A stretch of 32,000 nucleotides of DNA, taken from contig NZ_JBALDN010000078.1 of assembly GCF_036917375.1 (NCBI RefSeq), positions 36,511 to 68,510 on the forward strand. The letters run 5' to 3'. Shown piece after piece: positions 25,270 through 32,000 of the stretch (position 1 is its first letter; every line of letters begins with the position of its first letter). The notes under the pieces are model-generated. The model worked only from the letters and a program-made list of their open reading frames with translations. It made no database searches and was not told the origin of the DNA. A program made the translations under genes and the position numbers. Source of the stretch: Nostoc sp. (GTDB taxonomy: Bacteria > Cyanobacteriota > Cyanobacteriia > Cyanobacteriales > Nostocaceae).

Positions 25270-26499
25270 TTATCCTGGCTTATGATCCAATCGGGTAGCT
25301 TGCTCTAGGGCAGATTTTTCTTTGGCTCGGCGGACATAGGGTTGTAATTGGGTGCGATCGCAAGCTGTAAAAATACTCAGGTTTTCCAAGGTAATCCCCC
25401 GCATTAACATTTCTACGCGCCAGGTTTGTTGTGCTTGGGCGATCGCTGGCGTTTGTCCTTGGGGAGTCAACAATCCTTCACTCCATACTTGCCAACGTGT
25501 CTCAAGTTCTGATTCTGAGATGGGTGTACCTGTTTCATTCAGAAACATCGCTGTTTGAGCATCTTTACGACTTTTCAGCCATTTGATTAAGGGGTTATTG
25601 GTAAAAGAACCATAGCGTTTGCCCAAAATCCATTGATTCACAGGCACTTGACGAACAAATCCGGGGATTGTGATTTGTAAGAAGTGCCCTTGAGTATCGT
25701 AAATTTGGTGCGATCGCTCCAAGCTAGTTATTTCTGTAGCGGATAACCCAGCCCCAAATAATACGTAAGCTAAGGCATAATCTCGTACTCCAAATTTCCT
25801 GGCCTGTTGCAGAATTTCGTGAACCAAACTAGCTGGTAAATCAGCTATTTCTGTGGTGGTGAACCCTCCCTGTAAGGAGTTTATTGCTGATTCTGTTGAA
25901 GATGACATGGCTCCATGTAAAAACAACTCCACCAAATTTTCGAGAAAATCATCCCGATCCTCCCAAAGTTCGTGAAATTCGCTGGTGAACTCAATTACGG
26001 CATATCCCAAAATCATCCCATTCAGCAAACTGGCTAATTTTTCTGCGGGTAAATAGGTATTTAGGTGTCCTTGCTGGATTACAGTAGCTAAATACTGAGC
26101 TACATAACGGTTTGCCTCTGTTACTCCCCTGCCTAGTGCGCGGCGATTTTCTGCCGGGAATTGGTCGGCTTCACCTACCACAGATCGGACGAACTCTGGT
26201 ACTCGTTCTAATGCATGTAAGCTATCACTTGCATAATCTTTAAGAGCTTGGTAAACATTGCCGGGAGGTGTTGCTCGCCGTACCAGCGATTCACCTAAAT
26301 CCTTGAAAGCTGCGGACTCTTCCAGCACAGCTAAAAGTAATCCATGCTTATTGCCAAAATTCCGAAATAGAGTCACTTCATTTACTTCGGCTTTTTCAGC
26401 AATTTGGCGGGTTGTGGTAGCGCTTACTCCCTGAGCAGAAAACAACTCAAGTGCAGCTTGAATCAGGCGTTGACGAGTGGAAATGAGTTGAGACGACAT
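25270..26499 (-). CDS. TetR/AcrR-family regulator with an unusually long (~200 aa) extra C-terminal domain
   Basis: The N-terminal HTH is 'RQRLIQAALELFSAQGVSATTTRQIAEKAEVNEVTLFRNFGNKHGLLLAV'. The start is set at ATG 26497-26499; the track start at 26511 is TTG. Total length is ~409 aa against ~200 aa for a typical TetR. Confidence 0.8.
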   Translation of the reverse strand: MSSQLISTRQRLIQAALELFSAQGVSATTTRQIAEKAEVNEVTLFRNFGNKHGLLLAVLEESAAFKDLGESLVRRATPPGNVYQALKDYASDSLHALERVPEFVRSVVGEADQFPAENRRALGRGVTEANRYVAQYLATVIQQGHLNTYLPAEKLASLLNGMILGYAVIEFTSEFHELWEDRDDFLENLVELFLHGAMSSSTESAINSLQGGFTTTEIADLPASLVHEILQQARKFGVRDYALAYVLFGAGLSATEITSLERSHQIYDTQGHFLQITIPGFVRQVPVNQWILGKRYGSFTNNPLIKWLKSRKDAQTAMFLNETGTPISESELETRWQVWSEGLLTPQGQTPAIAQAQQTWRVEMLMRGITLENLSIFTACDRTQLQPYVRRAKEKSALEQATRLDHKPG

Positions 26500-26507
26500 A
26501 GAAAAAT

Positions 26508-26570
26508 GCAAGTGGCACTTGCAGAAAGTATCAGAGTTCTGCTAGCATAACAAATGTAAGTGATACTTGC
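26508..26570. promoter_or_regulatory. Two copies of a 15-bp palindromic operator-like motif in the TetR/desaturase divergent region
   Basis: The copies are 'gcaagtggcacttgc' (26508-26522, a perfect 7-1-7 palindrome) and 'gtaagtgatacttgc' (26556-26570, 12/15 identical), 48 bp apart. Assigning them as TetR operators is inference. Confidence 0.4.
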
Positions 26571-26672
26571 TTTACTCTACTGTAACGAACTAGTATACAG
26601 GGCGGGTAAATCCTAGTGGGATTATGCCCAAGAAAAGGTAAATCGCTTCATCATCCATCAACAGGAATTTTT

Positions 26673-27530
26673 ATGACCGCAAATTTTGGGGCGATCGCCC
26701 CTGAGAGAGGCAACTCACCTCAACTCAGTTGGACGAATGTAGTATTTTTTGCTACATTTCATGCCTTAGCACTTCTGTCTCCTTGGTTTTTCTCCTGGTC
26801 AGCATTAGGTTTGCTAGTGTTTCTCCACTGGTTATTCGGGAGCATTGGTATTTGCCTGGGATATCATAGACTACTGAGCCATCGAAGTTTCCAAGTTCCG
26901 AAGTGGTTAGAGTATGCGATCGCCCTCATTGGAGCGTTGGCTTTGCAAGGGGGGCCAATTTTTTGGGTAGGTGGACACCGCCAACATCACGCCCACACAG
27001 AAGATATCAATTTAGACCCCTATTCTGCTCAAAGAGGATTTTGGTGGAGCCATATACTGTGGATTTTCTACCCACGTCCAGAATTTTTTGACTATGACAC
27101 CTATAAAAAATATGCCCCTGACTTAGCCAGACAACCCTTTTATTGTTGGCTAGATCGCTACTTCTTGCTATTGCAAATACCCTTCGGACTGCTGCTTTAT
27201 GCTCTAGGAGGATGGTCTTTTGTATTCTACGGAGTGTTTCTCAGATGTGTCTTGCTTTGGCACTCAACCTGGTTTGTAAACTCAGCATCACACCTGTGGG
27301 GTTATCGCACCTTTGATGCTAATGATGGCGCTCGTAATCTTTGGTGGGTATCTCTCGTCACTTATGGAGAAGGCTGGCACAACAACCATCATACTTATCC
27401 CCACATGGCAAAATCTGGGTTCTCTTGGTGGGAGATTGATGTTACCTGGTGGAGCATCCTAGTTTTGCAGACTTTGGGTTTAGCTAAAAAAGTTGTCTCG
27501 CATCCTCCTCAAGGTGCAACTCACGGCTAA
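26673..27530 (+). CDS. desC: Acyl-lipid/acyl-CoA Delta9 fatty-acid desaturase
   Basis: Three His boxes are present: 'HRLLSH', 'HRQHH' and 'HNNHH', with hydrophobic spans between them. The start is set at ATG 26673; the track start at 26616 is GTG. Confidence 0.85.
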   Translation: MTANFGAIAPERGNSPQLSWTNVVFFATFHALALLSPWFFSWSALGLLVFLHWLFGSIGICLGYHRLLSHRSFQVPKWLEYAIALIGALALQGGPIFWVGGHRQHHAHTEDINLDPYSAQRGFWWSHILWIFYPRPEFFDYDTYKKYAPDLARQPFYCWLDRYFLLLQIPFGLLLYALGGWSFVFYGVFLRCVLLWHSTWFVNSASHLWGYRTFDANDGARNLWWVSLVTYGEGWHNNHHTYPHMAKSGFSWWEIDVTWWSILVLQTLGLAKKVVSHPPQGATHG

Positions 27531-27560
27531 ATTGCAACTAAACGATCGTGAATTTGCGAT

Positions 27561-27583
27561 GCCGATTGCTTCTTGCAGTCGGC
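27561..27583 (+). terminator. Candidate rho-independent terminator after the desaturase gene
   Basis: 'gccgattgc ttctt gcagtcggc' forms a 9-bp stem with one G-U pair, followed by the T-rich 'ttactaattttta'. Confidence 0.45.
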
Positions 27584-27754
27584 TTACTAATTTTTATAAA
27601 GAAGGGGAAGGGGGACTGGGGTTGGGGGAAAGGTAAAAACCTCGCCCGCAAGTGGCGCGACAATCATCATCCCTTTCCCCTTTAACCTTTTCCCTTTTAT
27701 CAGTAGTATTTCACGGTAAAATCTAACGGATTAAATCACCGTAGTGCATCAAGC

Positions 27755-28576
27755 GTGAAAACTGACAGCATTTTTTATCGTCTTTTTCAAGAACTTCCTG
27801 GCATCTTTTTTGAATTAATTGGTAATCCACCCCAAACGGCAGAGGGTTATAAATTCTCCTCAATTGAAATCAAGCAAACGGCATTCCGTATAGATGGTGT
27901 TTTTCTCCCAACACAAGGAGAAGAAAATCCGATTTATTGTGTTGAAGTCCAGTTTCAAACTGACACAGAAATTTATTCACGTTTATTTTCAGAAATTTAT
28001 TTATACTTACGCCAAAATAAACCGAAAAATTCTTGGCGAGGAGTAGTTATCTATCCCAATCGCAGTTTAGATACAGCAGATATCAAGAATTACAGTGAAA
28101 TTTTCACCAGTCAGCGCGTCAGTCGCATTTATCTTAATGAATTAGGTGAAACTGCATCATTGCCAGTTGGAATTGCTACGATGAAATTAGTGGTCGATGA
28201 AGAGGAGACAGCAATTCTAGCTGCTAGGCAGTTAATAGAAAGAACCCAGCAAGAAATCAACATCGAACCACAACGGCGACAGTTACTAGAATTGATAGAG
28301 ACAATATTAGTTTATAAGTTTCCGGCAATGAGTCGAGAGGAGATTGAAGGTATGTTTGGGTTAAGTGATTTGAAACAAACACGAGTTTATCAAGAAGGCA
28401 AACAAGAAGGCAAACAAGAAGGCAAGCAAGAAGGAGCGCGTGAAGAAAAGTTTAGAATGATACCTTTGTTGTTGAGATTGGGATTGAGTTTTGAAGAAAC
28501 TGCGAAAGAGTTAGGTTTGAGCCTAGAAGAGATTCAGCAAGAAATGCAAAAACAGCCTCCAAGTCAGGATATGTAA
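27755..28576 (+). CDS. Rpn-family / DUF2887 PD-(D/E)XK nuclease-like protein with a DUF4351-like C-terminus (second paralogue)
   Basis: 'MKTDSIFYRLFQELPGIFFEL...FRIDGVFLPT...YCVEVQFQTD' parallels 2831-3655. It has a GTG start. Confidence 0.75.
   Translation: MKTDSIFYRLFQELPGIFFELIGNPPQTAEGYKFSSIEIKQTAFRIDGVFLPTQGEENPIYCVEVQFQTDTEIYSRLFSEIYLYLRQNKPKNSWRGVVIYPNRSLDTADIKNYSEIFTSQRVSRIYLNELGETASLPVGIATMKLVVDEEETAILAARQLIERTQQEINIEPQRRQLLELIETILVYKFPAMSREEIEGMFGLSDLKQTRVYQEGKQEGKQEGKQEGAREEKFRMIPLLLRLGLSFEETAKELGLSLEEIQQEMQKQPPSQDM
28391..28435 (+). repeat. In-frame 12-nt microsatellite (CAAGAAGGCAAA x3.7) encoding (QEGK)n
   Basis: 'caagaaggcaaacaagaaggcaaacaagaaggcaagcaagaagga' is read directly inside the Rpn-like CDS. 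Confidence 0.9.
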
Positions 28577-28653
28577 CCTACAATTAGCACCAATCACAGA
28601 TACCTCTAAATATTCCTGCTATTTTCCATTACCATTAATTTTTAATTTTTTGT

Positions 28654-29709
28654 ATGATTTCGCTCTCTCCTATTCTCCAAGCTAGACTCTCGCAACCCCT
28701 CAAAATTGGCTCGTTTGAGGTAAAAAGTCGGGTTCTCCAGTCGCCTCTATCTGGAGTGACAGATATGGTGTTTCGCCGTCTCGTGCGTCGCTATGCACCA
28801 GATTCAATGATGTATACCGAAATGGTGAATGCTACGGGGTTGCATTATGTAAAGCAGTTACCCAAAATCATGGAGGTAGACCCCAACGAACGCCCAATTA
28901 GCGTTCAACTATTTGATTGCCGTCCAGATTTCTTAGCAGAAGCAGCAATAAAGGCAGTTGCCGAAGGTGCTGATACTGTTGATATTAATATGGGTTGTCC
29001 GGTTAATAAAATCACTAAAAATGGTGGCGGTTCTTCATTGTTGCGGCAACCAGAAGTAGCAGAAGCAATTGTACGGGAAGTGGTGAAAGCTGTTGATGTA
29101 CCTGTGACAGTAAAAACCCGTATTGGCTGGAATGACAACGAAATTACTATTCTCGACTTTGCCAAGCGGATGGAAGATGCTGGGGCACAAATGATCACAG
29201 TCCACGGACGCACCCGCGCTCAAGGCTACAATGGCAATGCCCGTTGGGAATGGATTGCCCGTGTCAAAGAAGTGCTTTCTATCCCAGTGATTGGGAATGG
29301 AGATATTTTTTCCGTTGAAGCGGCGGTGAGATGTTTAGAACAAACTGGCGCAGATGGCGTTATGTGTTCTCGTGGAACTTTGGGTTATCCGTTTTTGGTG
29401 GGAGAAATCGATCATTTTCTGAAAACAGGGGAGATGTTAGCATCACCAACCCCGATTCAGCGCTTGGAATGTGCAAGAGATCATTTACAAGCCTTGTGGG
29501 AATATAAAGGCGATCGCGGTGTACGTCAAGCCCGTAAGCACATGACTTGGTATGCTAAAGGTTTCGTTGGTGCTGCCGAACTCCGAGGACAGTTAAGTTT
29601 AGTTGAAAAAGTAGATCAGGGTTTGGCAATGATTGATCGAGCAATTGAAAAATTGGCTAATGGTTATGAATTAGAAGAAGAAGCAGAAGGTAGTTTAGTA
29701 ATGCTTTAA
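28654..29709 (+). CDS. dusB: tRNA-dihydrouridine synthase
   Basis: 'SPLSGVTDMVFRRL...VDINMGCPVNKITKNGGGSSLL...VTVKTRIGW...ITVHGRTRAQGY...VIGNGDI' is a typical Dus TIM barrel followed by a helical tail. Confidence 0.9.
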   Translation: MISLSPILQARLSQPLKIGSFEVKSRVLQSPLSGVTDMVFRRLVRRYAPDSMMYTEMVNATGLHYVKQLPKIMEVDPNERPISVQLFDCRPDFLAEAAIKAVAEGADTVDINMGCPVNKITKNGGGSSLLRQPEVAEAIVREVVKAVDVPVTVKTRIGWNDNEITILDFAKRMEDAGAQMITVHGRTRAQGYNGNARWEWIARVKEVLSIPVIGNGDIFSVEAAVRCLEQTGADGVMCSRGTLGYPFLVGEIDHFLKTGEMLASPTPIQRLECARDHLQALWEYKGDRGVRQARKHMTWYAKGFVGAAELRGQLSLVEKVDQGLAMIDRAIEKLANGYELEEEAEGSLVML

Positions 29710-29859
29710 AAAGTTGATTTTAACCTAGCTTGGGGTGATATTGCTGGTTGCTAAAAGTGACGCGATCGCTTGGATACCAATATTTCAATTAGGATTTAAA
29801 TCTCCTGATGTAACTCTCTTGAATTTTGAATGTTTAACTAGCCAAAATAGAGGCTCACA

Positions 29860-30414
29860 ATGTTAGTTTCCAAACACAACGATGTTGTAACCGTCCCCGA
29901 AATCCTTTCATTAGAAGACTTCATGGCAAATCCTCCAGAGGGCATGGAGTGGGTAGACGAGCAATTAGTAGAAAAAACAGGGATGACATTAAAACATAGT
30001 GAAATTCAATTGAATATTGGTTTTTTCTGGAGAAGTTACATCAATTCCAATCAACAAGGTGGGAAAGTTTACACTGAAGTACCTTGTCGTACATATAAAC
30101 AGGGTCGTCGTCCTGATGTAGCTTATCTAACGCCTGAGTTGGTAACTGAGTTTGGCGATCTTCCCACTTTGCCACAGAGTTTCCCGTTGATTGCTGAGAT
30201 AGTTTCACCCACCGATTTAGCTGAAGAATTATTTCTCAACGCGCAGGAGTATTTGCAGTCTGGTTGCGAGGAAGTTTGGCTATTATTTCCTGAAAGCCGA
30301 TTAGTTTTTGTAATGACTGATAATCAGCTTTTGGGATTTAAAGCTGGTGATGTGGTTAGTACTCAAAAAGTATTACTCGGTTTTAGTGTAGCCATAGATG
30401 AATTGTTGGGTTGA
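29860..30414 (+). CDS. Uma2-family (DUF820) PD-(D/E)XK endonuclease-like protein
   Basis: 'RRPDVAYL...AEIVSPTD...K...Y...G..EVWLL' matches the pattern typical of the abundant cyanobacterial Uma2 family. Confidence 0.75.
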   Translation: MLVSKHNDVVTVPEILSLEDFMANPPEGMEWVDEQLVEKTGMTLKHSEIQLNIGFFWRSYINSNQQGGKVYTEVPCRTYKQGRRPDVAYLTPELVTEFGDLPTLPQSFPLIAEIVSPTDLAEELFLNAQEYLQSGCEEVWLLFPESRLVFVMTDNQLLGFKAGDVVSTQKVLLGFSVAIDELLG

Positions 30415-30760
30415 AAAAGCGATCCATCTAACTAATAACCTGCAACTTGGGTTAATAGAGATTTTATCGAATTTAGTTAATTGCAATCGTTAGTAGTTTC
30501 AGTAGACCGAAAACTTTTGCGATCGCCCAACTGACAGATAATAATACTTATTGCCAGAAGCTACTTCATGTAGAGAAAGTTACTCCTATGCAATAGTGCT
30601 GCACGTCAAGCTTCCAGATTGAAGAAGAGTGATTACCGCCAAGGCTATCTTGTTCAGAGGAGAAACTAAGGATGTAATTAACTCAGAACCAGCGGCTTCC
30701 TTCAATCCGTTGCACCGCAATTGTTATGCAGCAACCGAGCACCGTCTTAACGATGCTGCC

Positions 30761-31435
30761 TCAAGCAGACTCCAAGAGCGCGATCATCTTCTCTGCGACA
30801 CCTTTGGCAGAAGCAGGATTCTGTCCGGTGACAAGATTTCCATCAGCGATGCTGAATGCCTGCCAGGGTGCCGTCTTGTGGAAGAGTGCGCCTTGTTTGG
30901 TGAGCGCCGTTTCCAACTCGAAAGGCACATCAGCTTTTGCGTAGTTTTCTTCCTCGTCGTTCGTAAATGAACTGATATTCTTCCCGGCGAGCAGGAGAGT
31001 GTCGTTGCTCAGTTTGACGTTCAGCAACGAAACTGGACCGTGACAAACAGCCCCAACAACAGCGCCTCGCTCGTATGTCTCTTTCACAACCTTTTTGAGA
31101 AGTGGATGCTCAGGCATATCGACCATCGGTGCCAAACCGCCAGGCATAAAGATCGCATCGTACTGGCTAACGTCCACGTCTGAGAGCTTCTTCGCTTTCT
31201 GCATTGAGGCCCACCCTTTTCCTACCAAGAAGGCTAGGTTGTCAGGGTCGTCAGCAAGATTGAGCGCATCCAGAAACGGCGTATCTCCTGTGAGACTTGC
31301 GAAATCAATTTGGTATTTTGCTCTGTCAAATTCAGCATAAGGATGTGCAACCTCTGGCAGGAAATTTCCCGTCCTGCGGTTGTTCGGACCAATAACGTAC
31401 GCGTTCGATACGATAATGAGAATCTTCTTTGACAT
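30761..31435 (-). CDS. DJ-1/PfpI-family (class I glutamine amidotransferase-like) protein
   Basis: 'KKILIIVSN...DFASL.G......YDAIFMPGG...AVCHGP' includes the nucleophile-elbow Cys-His. 224 aa. Confidence 0.8.
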   Translation of the reverse strand: MSKKILIIVSNAYVIGPNNRRTGNFLPEVAHPYAEFDRAKYQIDFASLTGDTPFLDALNLADDPDNLAFLVGKGWASMQKAKKLSDVDVSQYDAIFMPGGLAPMVDMPEHPLLKKVVKETYERGAVVGAVCHGPVSLLNVKLSNDTLLLAGKNISSFTNDEEENYAKADVPFELETALTKQGALFHKTAPWQAFSIADGNLVTGQNPASAKGVAEKMIALLESA

Positions 31436-31475
31436 AACTTCTCCTTAGTACGGTTGTTTGGTTCGGGACAGAGCT

Positions 31476-31766
31476 TTAAACAAGCTTCTTCACCAATATC
31501 ACCTTGCGGCCTTCAAGATGGGGGATGATCTCTTCTGCGACGATTCTTTTATAGTGTTCCGATCGCCTGTGAGATTCTGCGGCAGAGGTGTCGGTGTAGT
31601 GTTCGCAAAGAATGAGTTCGCAAGGATCGCTTTCCGACTGATAAATCGTGTAGGAAACGTTGCCTTCCTCCGATCTGGTCTTCTCGGCCAGTTCCGGTAG
31701 CAATTTCAGTATCCGGGACGTTTCCGACTCCTTAATTCTCCATTTCACGATAACGATCTTTTCCAT
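31476..31766 (-). CDS. ABM-domain (antibiotic biosynthesis monooxygenase / quinol monooxygenase-like) protein
   Basis: 96 aa with the ferredoxin-like pattern 'IVIVKWRIKE...E.GNVSYTIYQS..DP.E..L.E.Y.D..A...H..S.H'. It lies 40 nt upstream of, and is co-oriented with, the DJ-1-like gene. Confidence 0.7.
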   Translation of the reverse strand: MEKIVIVKWRIKESETSRILKLLPELAEKTRSEEGNVSYTIYQSESDPCELILCEHYTDTSAAESHRRSEHYKRIVAEEIIPHLEGRKVILVKKLV

Positions 31767-32000
31767 GTGCTTACTGCTCTCTTACAAGACAAGCGTACTA
31801 ACACCCCAGTAGCTTGCGAAACAGTTGTCGTGCCGTCTGTAAACGCTTAACTGCGATTAAGATATTCGGCCTTTTATCGCTGGATAATTGGGTATTATAC
31901 CGAATTTTTCCGTATAATCACCTTTTACTGAAGGATTATCAAGAATTTTCCGTATAACAAATTTCAGTAGATCGAAAAGATTTCTAAAAGCCTTACCAAC

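Noticed and set aside
2831-28576. The two Rpn/DUF2887 paralogues as direct-repeat boundaries of a ~25-kb mobile island
   Set aside because: They are only moderately similar at the protein level and are not alike at the nucleotide level. The interval holds core genes (menD, folB, thiE/S) with native HIP1 density.
30629-30970. 113-aa and 72-aa plus-strand ORFs
   Set aside because: They overlap the DJ-1/PfpI gene in antisense, within a higher-GC block where spurious open frames are expected. They have no recognisable motifs.
1-32000. tRNA, rRNA, tmRNA, an intact IS or transposase, and a CRISPR-Cas locus
   Set aside because: Reading both strands, I found no cloverleaf-capable segment with the conserved GTTCRANYC T-loop context, no rRNA-like stretches, no transposase-like ORF and no repeat-spacer array. 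This search was by eye only, so small RNAs could have been missed.

Overview
This looks like a chromosomal segment of a heterocystous, Nostoc/Anabaena-type cyanobacterium. The basis is dense HIP1 octamers (GCGATCGC), heptamer STRR-like tandem repeats, a CcbP-like gene, and cyanobacterial DUF families. The housekeeping backbone is menB, menD, folB, thiE-thiS, dusB, a Delta9 desaturase, maa, a REC-PAS-GGDEF regulator, DUF721, DUF1517 and a DUF1565 beta-helix protein. Accessory material is interspersed. (i) A low-GC, HIP1-free type II restriction-modification cassette and Rpn/DUF2887 nuclease-like genes lie between menB and menD. (ii) There is a class D (OXA-like) beta-lactamase. (iii) An integrase remnant sits next to a MITE-like nested hairpin. 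(iv) A higher-GC, HIP1-free block at the right edge carries DJ-1/PfpI and ABM monooxygenase genes. The most interesting locus is 21030-23983. A 140-aa helical protein with a hydrophobic N-terminus is translationally coupled (ATGA overlap) to an 844-aa NB-ARC/TPR STAND (NLR-like) NTPase. The C-terminus of the small protein and the N-terminus of the NLR carry the same ~22-aa N/G/K-rich motif, of which 48 nt are identical. This matches the effector-plus-NLR amyloid-signalling architecture (fungal HET-S/NWD2, bacterial Bell/BASS), a candidate programmed-cell-death or immunity module. Directly downstream is an unexplained 21-bp x 11 tandem array. All functional calls come from reading motifs in the supplied translations. 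No database search was run.
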